From contig JAZDEL010000002.1 of NCBI GenBank assembly GCA_043808785.1, forward strand, positions 90,001 through 122,000: a stretch of DNA of 32,000 nucleotides. The letters run 5' to 3'. The position numbers and the translations under genes are program-made. Positions 1 through 7,666 of this stretch are shown here, in pieces; within the stretch, counting starts at the first letter, position 1; every line of letters begins with the position of its first letter. This stretch comes from Candidatus Iainarchaeum sp. (lineage in GTDB: Archaea > Iainarchaeota > Iainarchaeia > Iainarchaeales > JAZDEL01). Under the pieces are notes generated by a model. The model saw only the letters and a list, made by a program, of their open reading frames with translations, did no database searches and had not been told where the DNA came from.

Positions 1-1
1 A

Positions 2-391
2 ATCGCCGCCGTCTCCCTTGTTGTCGGCGCAATAGGCGTTGCGAACAGCATGTTCACATCCGTGCTTGAGAAAACCCGGGAAATAGGGATACTGAAAGCG
101 CTGGGCTCCACAAACCGCGAAATCCTCGCGCTGTTCATAATCGAGTCGGGCATGTTCGGCCTTATCGGCGGCATTATCGGAGTTGCACTTGGCGCGCTTG
201 TTTCATTCGGCCTCGGTTCTCTGGGGATAATTTCCCTGCCGATGGTGCGCGGCGGCTCCTCAACGCTTGTTACGCCGCAGCTCGTCATAGTTGCAGTCCT
301 GCTGTCCACTGTGATAGGCATAGTTGCGGGCGTGCTTCCCGCAAGGGTTGCAGCAAAGCTTAACCCTGTGGATGCGCTGCGTTACGAGTAG
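2..391 (+). CDS. ABC transporter permease, FtsX/MacB-type, C-terminal part (5' end outside window)
   Basis: The frame is open from the window edge. EKTREIGILKALGSTNREIL...VLPARVAAKLNPVDALRYE matches the conserved FtsX-family C-terminal TM bundle and tail. Confidence 0.8.
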   Translation: MAAVSLVVGAIGVANSMFTSVLEKTREIGILKALGSTNREILALFIIESGMFGLIGGIIGVALGALVSFGLGSLGIISLPMVRGGSSTLVTPQLVIVAVLLSTVIGIVAGVLPARVAAKLNPVDALRYE

Positions 392-416
392 GGCGCTTGA
401 GGCATGCAGGCTTGCG

Positions 417-1064
417 CTAAGCCGCTACGCCAAAAAACGCAAGAATTGCCCTGAAAAAGAAAACCCCTATTCCTGCCGTTGCAAACATCACGCCCCATAT
501 CCAGGGCTCCCAGAGCATCACCTTCTTGCCGTCAAGCGGGCCGACAGGCAGGAGATTAAATAGCGCGAGGAAGAAATTTATCTGCGCAATGAACATGAAA
601 ATTGTGCCAAGCGTCTGGTTCCATGAAAACAGCACCGTGAGCAGCATGAAAACGAAGGCCACAACGATGTTTGTCGCCGGCCCCGCTGCTGAAATAATCC
701 CGTTCTGCCTCCTCGTTATGTGCGGCCCGTATATGTAAACCGCCCCGGGCGCGGCAAAAAGGAAGCCGAAAAATGCGGAAACAAGCGCGAACATCAGCCC
801 GAGGCTCCACGCCCTGTATTCGGCGTGCGCCTTGAACATCCTCGCAACCTGCCTGTGCGCAAGCTCGTGGAAAACGAAGCCCGTGCCGACGGCAATAAGC
901 GATACCGGGAGCAGCACGATAGTTGACGCGATGTTGAACAGCCCGTCCCCGAACAGGAACGAGAATGCGATGCTTATCGTGAGCCAACTAACTATCAAAT
1001 CTACTTTTTCATTTTTTCCGAGCAGTGGCATTCCATCACGCACAAATCCTGATGCAAAAACCAT
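417..1064 (-). CDS. Site-2 protease family (M50) intramembrane zinc metalloprotease
   Basis: HELAH (HExxH) lies in a TM helix, an LLPVGPLDG motif follows, and the protein is polytopic and hydrophobic. The ATG is at 1064; the ORF-track start at 1076 is TTG. Confidence 0.85.
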   Translation of the reverse strand: MVFASGFVRDGMPLLGKNEKVDLIVSWLTISIAFSFLFGDGLFNIASTIVLLPVSLIAVGTGFVFHELAHRQVARMFKAHAEYRAWSLGLMFALVSAFFGFLFAAPGAVYIYGPHITRRQNGIISAAGPATNIVVAFVFMLLTVLFSWNQTLGTIFMFIAQINFFLALFNLLPVGPLDGKKVMLWEPWIWGVMFATAGIGVFFFRAILAFFGVAA

Positions 1065-1092
1065 AAAAACAAGCAACCCTTGTCGCGGGTTT

Positions 1093-1114
1093 GCAAAAAT
1101 GCCGCAAAAATGCC
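1093..1114. repeat. Exact tandem 11-mer GCAAAAATGCC x2, with a degenerate third copy at 1121-1135
   Basis: Read directly in the divergent intergenic region between the S2P gene and the first pilin-like operon. It is flanked by the inverted arms CGCGGG and CCCGCG. Confidence 0.9.
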
Positions 1115-1143
1115 CGCGAAGCGCAAAAAAACGCCCTGCGCAT

Positions 1144-1175
1144 TACTTCGTCAATCAACGAAATATTTAACTAAC
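1144..1175 (+). promoter_or_regulatory. Imperfect palindrome TTCGTCAATCAACGAA fused to the TATA-like box ATATTTAA; putative promoter/operator of the 1203-2968 operon
   Basis: 27 of 32 nt match the module on the minus strand at 3596-3628. The ATG at 1203 is 32 nt past the TATA-like box. Confidence 0.6.
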
Positions 1176-1202
1176 CCTGCGAACAGGTTATTTTTGGTTT
1201 TT

Positions 1203-1781
1203 ATGCACAGGCGCGGGATTTTCACATTCGTCCTTGTCCTTCTCTTTATCCAGTCCGCCGCGGTAATGTCCGGCATTGCCGCGGAACAGCAGCGCTCCAT
1301 TTCCGATGCGCGCAGCCTTGCCCTGCAGATGGAGCGCGCAAGGCTTGTTAGGGAGGAGGTAGAGGTTGCGGTTGACCGCACGATTGGGCAAACAATGCTC
1401 GCTGAAATTTCCTCAGGCAACAAAAACCCCGCGGCAATCCGCGCAAAAATCGCGGAAAACCTTGTTTCGGTTTTCGGGCAGTTCGAGGATGCATACCCCG
1501 AAAACCCGAAGGTTGATTTTTTTGCCGGAAATTATTACGGGGGAGGGTACCTGCGCCTCCTGGGCACGGAAGGGGGCAAGCCGAAGGCGCGTGAACTGGA
1601 AAATTATTTCAGGGTTCTTGTATTGCATGCCGGCAGTAAGGCATATGCAGCGGAATTCACATACACGGGCGGGGAAATGAAAAGCAGGGTTCTTTATGCA
1701 AAGATAAGCACGGAGAGCTTCTCGCAGGTTTTCGTTATCCCCATCGGGTACAAGATTGCAATTAACGGAGTTGTGCCCTGA
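1203..1781 (+). CDS. Hypothetical pilin-like protein (N-terminal MHRRG/IFTFVLVLLF, class III signal-peptide-like)
   Basis: An internal ATG at 1203 was verified. It has a short basic leader, a Gly, then a hydrophobic helix. Its stop overlaps the next start (TGATG). Confidence 0.6.
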   Translation: MHRRGIFTFVLVLLFIQSAAVMSGIAAEQQRSISDARSLALQMERARLVREEVEVAVDRTIGQTMLAEISSGNKNPAAIRAKIAENLVSVFGQFEDAYPENPKVDFFAGNYYGGGYLRLLGTEGGKPKARELENYFRVLVLHAGSKAYAAEFTYTGGEMKSRVLYAKISTESFSQVFVIPIGYKIAINGVVP

Positions 1782-2125
1782 TGACGCTCGAGGCAATGCT
1801 TTCCTTCGCGCTCTTCCTCGCGCTCCTCGGAGCTTTTGCGGGAATAGAGGCGATGCAGTCCGCGAAGGCTTCCGAAGCCGCGTACAAATTCTCCGCGGAA
1901 CTCGAGAGCTGCAGGTGCGCGCTTGTTATAGATTCCTTCTATGCGAATTCCGGCGGCGCGCTGCAGGGCTTCGGTTCCTCGTGCTATATGAAAGGCACAA
2001 ATTCTGTTGCCGCGCAGGTGCGCGGCTTCGAGAAGGAGAGCGCAATCCTCAACTCAGGCACCAAATTAATTCAGACTCCGCGCGGCACGCGGATGGAGGT
2101 GCAAGTGAATGAGCATTACAGGTAG
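1781..2125 (+). CDS. Hypothetical small protein with a pilin-like hydrophobic N-terminus (MTLEAMLSFALFLALLG)
   Basis: It is translationally coupled on both sides and has a single N-terminal hydrophobic helix with an early Glu. Confidence 0.5.
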   Translation: MTLEAMLSFALFLALLGAFAGIEAMQSAKASEAAYKFSAELESCRCALVIDSFYANSGGALQGFGSSCYMKGTNSVAAQVRGFEKESAILNSGTKLIQTPRGTRMEVQVNEHYR

Positions 2126-2615
2126 GCGCGGCATCGTGTTCTCCTTCGACCTTCTAATCGCGTTCATAGTTATGTGCCTCATCCTTTGCCTCATCCTCGT
2201 GAACATGAACCTGCGCGCGGATTCCGCGGTTTCCGCGCAGCGCTCTTTCGCGCTGCAGCATGCCGCGCTCTCCGTTGCCGACACGCTTGTGCAGAACGCC
2301 GACCTGAACAATCCCGCGCTCGGTTCCGCATATTTCGGCGAGGATAAGCGCAGGGTTTTCGGGAATGTTATTGACGGCACGCTGCTTGCAAAGGCGGACT
2401 TCGCAGGCATTAGCCTTGGCAAAGGCATTTTTCTGAAGGAAGTTTCACTGCGCTACAAAAGCGGGGAGTACGGGCAAATTCACCGTTCCCCTTTGCCCGC
2501 GGGGAGTTGCACCGCTGCGGAGCGGTTCGTTGTTGTGAAAGGCGCGGCAATTGCAAAAGGCGCTACGGAGGAAAAGGCGATTCTCACGGTTGTCGCCTGC
2601 GAGGGGGGCATCTGA
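2109..2615 (+). CDS. Hypothetical pilin-like protein (MSITGRRG/IVFSFDLLIAFIV)
   Basis: It has an RRG motif followed by a hydrophobic helix. It overlaps the upstream gene by 17 nt and the downstream gene by 1 nt. Confidence 0.6.
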   Translation: MSITGRRGIVFSFDLLIAFIVMCLILCLILVNMNLRADSAVSAQRSFALQHAALSVADTLVQNADLNNPALGSAYFGEDKRRVFGNVIDGTLLAKADFAGISLGKGIFLKEVSLRYKSGEYGQIHRSPLPAGSCTAAERFVVVKGAAIAKGATEEKAILTVVACEGGI

Positions 2616-2968
2616 TGAACGCAAGCGCCTTCCACCTGGGCATTGAGGCTGTGTTCAGCCTCCTCGTGCTCGCACTGCTCCTGTCCGCACCTGTTCCTGC
2701 AGCTGACTCCTCCCTCTCGCGCCTCCAGCTCCTGCAGAAACAGCAGGATTTGCTTGCAGTATGGGTTGCCTTCGGGAACCCTGATGCGGAAACCATGCGT
2801 GCGGATTTTGTTTTTGTTTTCCCCGGGAGGGCCGGCATTATCGGATTTGCGGGGGATAAATTTGAAATCAATTTGCCTCCCGAGGGTTGCACGCGCAGCA
2901 CTGCAAGTGCCCGCTATCTCGACGGCACGCTTCGCCTGCGGGAAATAACCCTGACCGTATTTTGCTGA
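2615..2968 (+). CDS. Hypothetical pilin-like protein (MNASAFHLG/IEAVFSLLVLALLL)
   Basis: An ATG at 2615 was verified and overlaps the preceding TGA. It has an N-terminal hydrophobic helix with Glu near the putative cleavage site. Confidence 0.55.
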   Translation: MNASAFHLGIEAVFSLLVLALLLSAPVPAADSSLSRLQLLQKQQDLLAVWVAFGNPDAETMRADFVFVFPGRAGIIGFAGDKFEINLPPEGCTRSTASARYLDGTLRLREITLTVFC

Positions 2969-2980
2969 TGTTCCGCGCGC

Positions 2981-3409
2981 CTACCCGAATTTTGCCAGGA
3001 TTTTACCCGAACTTTTCACAAGCGCGATTTTGAATTTCCTTTCCATTGTTTTCGCGCCGCCGCTGAAAATTATTTCGACAGGCATCTCCGCGGAAAGTTC
3101 CTTTCGCTTGCCGAGTTCTTCGCTTTCAACAGCAACGAAAATTTCCCTCCCTCTTGCCGAAATTTCCCACTTTCCCAAAGGTTCCGCCTCTAACCCCCTT
3201 GACGACCCTTCCCCGAAGTTCTGCAGTTCTCCGGCCGCGGCCTCCGCCTTCCAGAGGAAAAGTTCCGCAGCCCTTGCATCCATCGCGAAAATCCCTGCGG
3301 CATAAACCCCGCCTAATGAGGGCAGGATGAAAGCAAGGAACGAGAAAAAAACCGCGAGTACGAGGAGATACTCTATGCTCGCCTGCCCGCGAACCCGCGG
3401 CGCGCTCAT
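2981..3409 (-). CDS. Archaeal type IV pilin-like protein with a class III signal peptide (MSAPRVRGQ/ASIEYLLVLAVFF)
   Basis: It shows the canonical archaeal prepilin N-terminus: basic leader, GQ, S-x-E-Y-L, then a hydrophobic helix. Its start overlaps the stop of the upstream small pilin gene (ATGA). Confidence 0.75.
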   Translation of the reverse strand: MSAPRVRGQASIEYLLVLAVFFSFLAFILPSLGGVYAAGIFAMDARAAELFLWKAEAAAGELQNFGEGSSRGLEAEPLGKWEISARGREIFVAVESEELGKRKELSAEMPVEIIFSGGAKTMERKFKIALVKSSGKILAKFG

Positions 3410-3576
3410 ATGTCGTCTATCTCCTTGAATATGTCGCCTGTTTTCTTCTCGATTACCTGCGAGCCTTTCGCCGTCGTTTTCTGCAGCTGCGTCACGAGGA
3501 GAAGCACTATTGCAACAACAGCGGCAAGCACTATTATGAGTTCAACTGAAATCTGGGCTTTTTCTTCATTAAGCAT
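3406..3576 (-). CDS. Small (56 aa) class III signal-peptide pilin-like protein; not in the supplied ORF track
   Basis: Manual minus-strand translation gives MLNEEKAQISVELIIVLAAVVAIVLLLVTQLQKTTAKGSQVIEKKTGDIFKEIDDI*. The KAQ/ISVELIIV N-terminus is typical of short archaeal class III signal-peptide proteins. Confidence 0.7.
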   Translation of the reverse strand: MLNEEKAQISVELIIVLAAVVAIVLLLVTQLQKTTAKGSQVIEKKTGDIFKEIDDI

Positions 3577-3595
3577 GCAGATAATTGACCGCGAA

Positions 3596-3628
3596 CCTTA
3601 TTTAAATATTTCGTCAATTGACGAACTA
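3596..3628 (-). promoter_or_regulatory. Perfect 16-nt palindrome TTCGTCAATTGACGAA (3610-3625) fused to a TATA-like box (minus-strand ATATTTAA, 3602-3609); putative promoter/operator of the small-pilin operon
   Basis: The palindrome directly abuts the stop codon of the ArsR-like gene. The ATG at 3576 is 25 nt past the TATA-like box, which fits a leaderless transcript. Confidence 0.65.
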
Positions 3629-4324
3629 ATCAGGAACGAGTTTTTTGCAGTATTTTATAAGCGCATTTATGTCCTGCAAAGTGAAGTTCCTGTCAATCGC
3701 AGAAGCCGCACTTTCTATGGCTGAGCAGTCATCCTCTGTAAACAGCCTTCCGCCTATGGTTCCTGTGCCCTCAGCAATGCCAGTTGCAATGCCGCCTTCG
3801 GTTGCAGAGCCGCCCGCGTCCGGCACTGTTTCCCCCTTTCCCCCGCCCTGCACGACTTCGCTTGTTTCCTCCGCCTCCCTGTTGCCCGCGCCCTTTTCCG
3901 CGGCAGCAGGCACGGCAAATGCAGGTTCGGTTCCGCCAGCATCCGTGAGGGCAGGGCCCTGTGCTGCGGGAATCCCCTGCATGCCCATATTCGAGAACAT
4001 TATCGCCATAATCCCCACAAGCGCTACAAGCGTTGCGCCAAGGACAATCAGTATATGCGTCTGGTTCTGCTCCGCATCAGCTATGCCTATTCCCTTGCCA
4101 GTGAGCGCGTAATATTTCCACTTCCTTCCTTCGTCCACGCGCTCTATGAAGCCCTTGTCCTGCAGCATCTGCAGGTGCTGTTTCGCGCTCGGCGCGGCAA
4201 TCCCCATTTTAGCGGAAATCTCGCTAAGGGTATGCCTGCGTTCCTTAAGCAGTTTGAGTATCTTTACGCGCGCGTCCGAACTGAGCGCCTTAAACTCTCC
4301 GGATGAAATAGTTATGTCCGCCAT
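3626..4324 (-). CDS. Membrane-tethered ArsR-family winged-helix transcription regulator
   Basis: The N-terminus LSSDARVKILKLLKERRHTLSEISAKMGIAAPSAKQHLQMLQDKGFIERV...KYYALT is an ArsR-type wHTH. One TM helix follows (ILIVLGATLVALVGIMAIMF), then a Gly/Ala/Glu-rich linker and a small C-terminal domain with 2 Cys. Confidence 0.8.
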   Translation of the reverse strand: MADITISSGEFKALSSDARVKILKLLKERRHTLSEISAKMGIAAPSAKQHLQMLQDKGFIERVDEGRKWKYYALTGKGIGIADAEQNQTHILIVLGATLVALVGIMAIMFSNMGMQGIPAAQGPALTDAGGTEPAFAVPAAAEKGAGNREAEETSEVVQGGGKGETVPDAGGSATEGGIATGIAEGTGTIGGRLFTEDDCSAIESAASAIDRNFTLQDINALIKYCKKLVPD

Positions 4325-4339
4325 TGCAACAACCCGCGC

Positions 4340-4654
4340 CTAAAATACTATTATAAGCAAAATAAGCAGCGCAAAAACCGCGAGCGCAAACGCCCTGCTG
4401 TAATACGCCATCAGCCCGAGCACTGCAGGCGCGATGAGCAGCCATACGCCGAGCTCGTGCTGCCTCGCGGTTATAACCGAGCCGTAAACCGCCCCTGCGG
4501 AAAACAGCAGGAAAAGGAAAGCCACAAAGCTGCTTATCTGCTTGGTTACGTATTCGAGGACCTTCTCGACCCAGCCGTCGACCCTGCCCTTGCCCGAAGC
4601 CTTGCCTTCCGCGGCATGCGCATCCCCGTGAGCCTCTGCAGCGTGTTCAGACAT
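4340..4654 (-). CDS. Hypothetical small membrane protein (about 3 TM helices, His/Ala-rich N-terminus)
   Basis: ATG verified. It has hydrophobic segments and lies 15 nt upstream of the ArsR-like gene on the same strand. Confidence 0.6.
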   Translation of the reverse strand: MSEHAAEAHGDAHAAEGKASGKGRVDGWVEKVLEYVTKQISSFVAFLFLLFSAGAVYGSVITARQHELGVWLLIAPAVLGLMAYYSRAFALAVFALLILLIIVF

Positions 4655-4760
4655 ATGCCTTACCCATCTAATCGCGGATGTGAAACATTAAAAACCTTTC
4701 ATTTTTGGAAGGGCAAGCCCTGCTGCGCATAGCCAGGCTGTGCTGCAAAGCCTGCGCGCG

Positions 4761-5594
4761 TCATTTCAGCCCTGTGTAATATTTCTGCATAAGCAGTGCA
4801 TCCCCCTCCAGATTCGGGCTCTCGCATATCACAACGCCCGAAACCCCGAAACCTTTCAGCGCGGAAAGCATTGCCTTGTATTTGAAATCCGAATCCTCGA
4901 GGTTCAAATGGTTCCTTTCCCCCTTTTGCGAATAGTTTATTCCCGAAACATGCATCTGCAGGTTTTGGAGGAATTTTTTGTCCGCGGAAGCGATGTTCTG
5001 CAAAACATGCTCAAAATCTTTTTCGGTTTTCATGCATCCGTTGCCCCGCGCATGCAGATGCGCGAAATCTATCATAGGCTCCAAACCCTTCACGCGTTCG
5101 CAAAGTTCCAGCGTTTCCTCCAATGAACCCAACTGCGAACCCTTTCCCGTTGTTTCAGGGGCGAGCGTTATTTTTATTTTTTCCTTGCGCATTTCCTCGA
5201 TTATTTCCTCTAGCGCCCGCACAACGTTGCCAAGCGCCTCCCCCTTCTCCATGCCTCCGTAAAACGCGGGGTGAAATGTTACCTTCCTTGCGCCCGCGAG
5301 CGCGCCAATGCGCGCGCTGTCGAGTATGCGCTTCTTGCTTGCCTCTATCTTTGCCTTTTCCTTAGAATTCAAATTTATATAATAAGGCGCGTGCACGCTG
5401 AGCACGATGTTGTTTTTCTCCGCCGCCCTGCGCACCTCTTCCGCCGCAGCCTTCCCCATGTGCACGCCGTAAACGAACTCAAGTTCCATTGCACCCAGCC
5501 CGAGCGAGCGCACCCGCGCTATCGCCTCGGCAGAACCCCTGCCTTTCGCGCTGTGCGGAGCGCCCGCCGTGCCGAACAGTATTTTTCCAGGCAT
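4761..5594 (-). CDS. nfo: Endonuclease IV (AP endonuclease family 2, TIM barrel)
   Basis: Contains the SVHAPYYINLNS signature, later HVSGINYS...NHLNLEDSD, and His/Asp/Glu metal ligands. The ATG is at 5594; the 5639 start is GTG and would cover the shared promoter. Confidence 0.88.
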   Translation of the reverse strand: MPGKILFGTAGAPHSAKGRGSAEAIARVRSLGLGAMELEFVYGVHMGKAAAEEVRRAAEKNNIVLSVHAPYYINLNSKEKAKIEASKKRILDSARIGALAGARKVTFHPAFYGGMEKGEALGNVVRALEEIIEEMRKEKIKITLAPETTGKGSQLGSLEETLELCERVKGLEPMIDFAHLHARGNGCMKTEKDFEHVLQNIASADKKFLQNLQMHVSGINYSQKGERNHLNLEDSDFKYKAMLSALKGFGVSGVVICESPNLEGDALLMQKYYTGLK

Positions 5595-5648
5595 GCGAAT
5601 ATGCAATGCACCAAAAGCCTTTAATCCCCTTTCGCGCACCTAATTGAT

Positions 5649-6791
5649 ATGCCAAAGAACATCTTCTCCCGCACCAGCAGGGAGAGGCACATATTCCGCA
5701 ACGAGCAGTATCTCGCGCCGGAATTCCTGCCCGAAAAACTGCCGCACAGGGATTCCGAAATCGACACTATGGTTTACGCATTCAATCCTGTCCTGCGGGG
5801 CTCGAAGCCGCAGAACCTTTTTGTTTTCGGCCCCCCTGGGACGGGAAAAACCGCTTCCGTGAAATTCGTCCTCGCGCAGCTGGAGGAGCACTCCGACCGC
5901 GCAAAAATGCTCTACATAAATTGCTTCCAGCACGAGAGCAGGCATTCGGTTCTTGCCAAACTCACGAATTTTCTGGGAATGCCTGTGCCAAGGCGCGGCC
6001 TGGCAACGGATGAAACCTACTCTAAAATGGTGGAGGCAATGCGCAAGGCATCCTTTGCACCAATAATCATCCTTGACGAGGTGGACAATATCGCTGGCGC
6101 GGAGGAGCAGAGCCGCCTCCTGTATGACCTGCTGCGCGTTGCGGAGCAGGAAAAGAAGCAGCTCGGCTTAGTGCTTGTTTCAAATGACGCCGCATTCACA
6201 GCGCGCCTCGATGCGCGCGTGAAAAGTTCGCTCGCTGCCGAGAACCTTGCCTTCGAGCCCTACTCGCCGCAGCAACTGAAGGACATTCTGCGCGAGAGGG
6301 CGGGGTACGCGTTTGAACAGCGTGTTCTCGAGGATGATGTAATTAACGTTGCCGCAGCGCACGCTGCAAAGCTCGGCGGCGATGCGCGCATCGCAATAGA
6401 GTGCCTCCTGAAGGCGGGAAGGAATGCCGAGCGTGATAACGCGGCAAGCGTAACCATCGCGCACCTGAAGCGTGCCTTCGAAAGCATTGATTCCCTCCCT
6501 ACCCTCAAAAAAATCCGCGGCCTGAACGAAAACGAAAAAAACCTGCTAAGGGTTATTGTGCAGGCGCAGGAGGAAAGCATACTTTCAGGCGACCTTTACA
6601 AAAAGTACAATTCATCGGTTCCCAAGGGTTCAAAAGCGCTGACCGAGCGCAGGGTGCGCGACTTCCTGAACAACCTTGAAAAGCAGGGTCTTGTTGAGAT
6701 AAGCGCGGTTGATTTGGGCAACAAGGGCAAGACCCGCAGCATACGCCTGAGGGTTGCGAAGCAGCTTGCACTGCGGGAACTTGGGAACTGA
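5649..6791 (+). CDS. cdc6: Orc1/Cdc6 replication initiator
   Basis: Contains Walker A GPPGTGKT, Walker B IIILDEVD, a SNDxxF sensor region and a C-terminal winged helix. The 380-aa length is typical. Confidence 0.95.
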   Translation: MPKNIFSRTSRERHIFRNEQYLAPEFLPEKLPHRDSEIDTMVYAFNPVLRGSKPQNLFVFGPPGTGKTASVKFVLAQLEEHSDRAKMLYINCFQHESRHSVLAKLTNFLGMPVPRRGLATDETYSKMVEAMRKASFAPIIILDEVDNIAGAEEQSRLLYDLLRVAEQEKKQLGLVLVSNDAAFTARLDARVKSSLAAENLAFEPYSPQQLKDILRERAGYAFEQRVLEDDVINVAAAHAAKLGGDARIAIECLLKAGRNAERDNAASVTIAHLKRAFESIDSLPTLKKIRGLNENEKNLLRVIVQAQEESILSGDLYKKYNSSVPKGSKALTERRVRDFLNNLEKQGLVEISAVDLGNKGKTRSIRLRVAKQLALRELGN

Positions 6792-6840
6792 ACACGCAAA
6801 ACATACCTTTTTATACTACATTGTGCACATTGTATTACAT

Positions 6841-7344
6841 ATGGTGCTTGTCGTTAAGGATTCAATGGTGCTAATCCACCTTGCTAAAATAAGCCTGCTT
6901 GAAAGCAGCTGCGATTATTTCGGCAAAGTAATTATTCCGCAGGCGGTTTTCGAAGAAACGGTCGATGCTGGCAAGAGTAAGGGGTCCGAGGACGCATTCC
7001 TGATTGAGGCGGTTATCGGTAGGGGAAATATCCGCGTTAAAAAGGTGCTGAAGAAGCAGTTCATGGAGAAGGCAAACCAATTGAATATTTTCGGCGGGGA
7101 AGCGGAGGCAGTGGCATTGTATTGGCAGGAAAGTGCGGAATTCTTGGCCACGGATGACGACAATGTGAGGGCAAAAAAGGATGTTCTTGGCGCCAAACTT
7201 ATAGGGACGCCGGCAATAATATTGGCGCTGCACAAAAAAAAATTTATCGGCTCCGAAAAAACAAAAGAAGCGCTGAGCAGGCTGAGGAAAATAGGCTGGT
7301 TCAGTTCGGAAATAATCGACAGGGCGCTTATGGAGGTGAGTTAA
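6841..7344 (+). CDS. PIN-domain protein of the DUF3368/COG2405 type (putative toxin)
   Basis: GGEAEAVALYWQESAEFLATDDDNVRAKKDVLGAKLIGTPAIILALHKKKFI matches the DUF3368 PIN pattern. ATG at 6841 verified, with a TATA-like TTTTTATA 17-24 nt upstream. Confidence 0.75.
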   Translation: MVLVVKDSMVLIHLAKISLLESSCDYFGKVIIPQAVFEETVDAGKSKGSEDAFLIEAVIGRGNIRVKKVLKKQFMEKANQLNIFGGEAEAVALYWQESAEFLATDDDNVRAKKDVLGAKLIGTPAIILALHKKKFIGSEKTKEALSRLRKIGWFSSEIIDRALMEVS

Positions 7345-7345
7345 G

Positions 7346-7666
7346 ATGAATGCGCGCACAGTGCAGGCAGTCGGCATAAGGCTGGATAGCAAAATGCTGG
7401 GCAAGCTTGAAACTCTCGGCAAGGAAGAAAATATGGACCGTTCAACCGTAGCCCGGATGCTCCTTGATGAAGGGCTTAAGAACTATGTGAAACGGAAGGC
7501 TGCAGAAAATTACAAGGCAGGCAGGACAACCATTAGCGGTGCGGCGAAAAAAGCAGGCATTACGATTTGGGAGATGGAGCAATATCTGGTAAGCAATGGT
7601 TACAGGTCGCAGTATTCCACGGAAGAGCTACAGGAAGAATTCAGGCTGCTGGTGAAACAGAAATGA
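7346..7666 (+). CDS. RHH plus UPF0175-like HTH protein (putative antitoxin)
   Basis: VGIRLDSKMLGKLETLGKEENMDRSTVARMLL is ribbon-helix-helix-like. AAKKAGITIWEMEQYLVSNG is UPF0175-like. A strong GGAGGTGA Shine-Dalgarno sequence precedes the ATG. Confidence 0.7.
   Translation: MNARTVQAVGIRLDSKMLGKLETLGKEENMDRSTVARMLLDEGLKNYVKRKAAENYKAGRTTISGAAKKAGITIWEMEQYLVSNGYRSQYSTEELQEEFRLLVKQK

Noticed and set aside
5595-6840. Replication origin immediately flanking orc1/cdc6.
   Set aside because: The upstream spacer is only 54 nt and is taken up by a shared TATA-like box. The downstream spacer is 49 nt and looks like the PIN-operon promoter. I saw no ORB or mini-ORB (TTCCAGTGGAAAC-like) repeats and no extended AT-rich unwinding element. 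The origin cannot be placed from this window.
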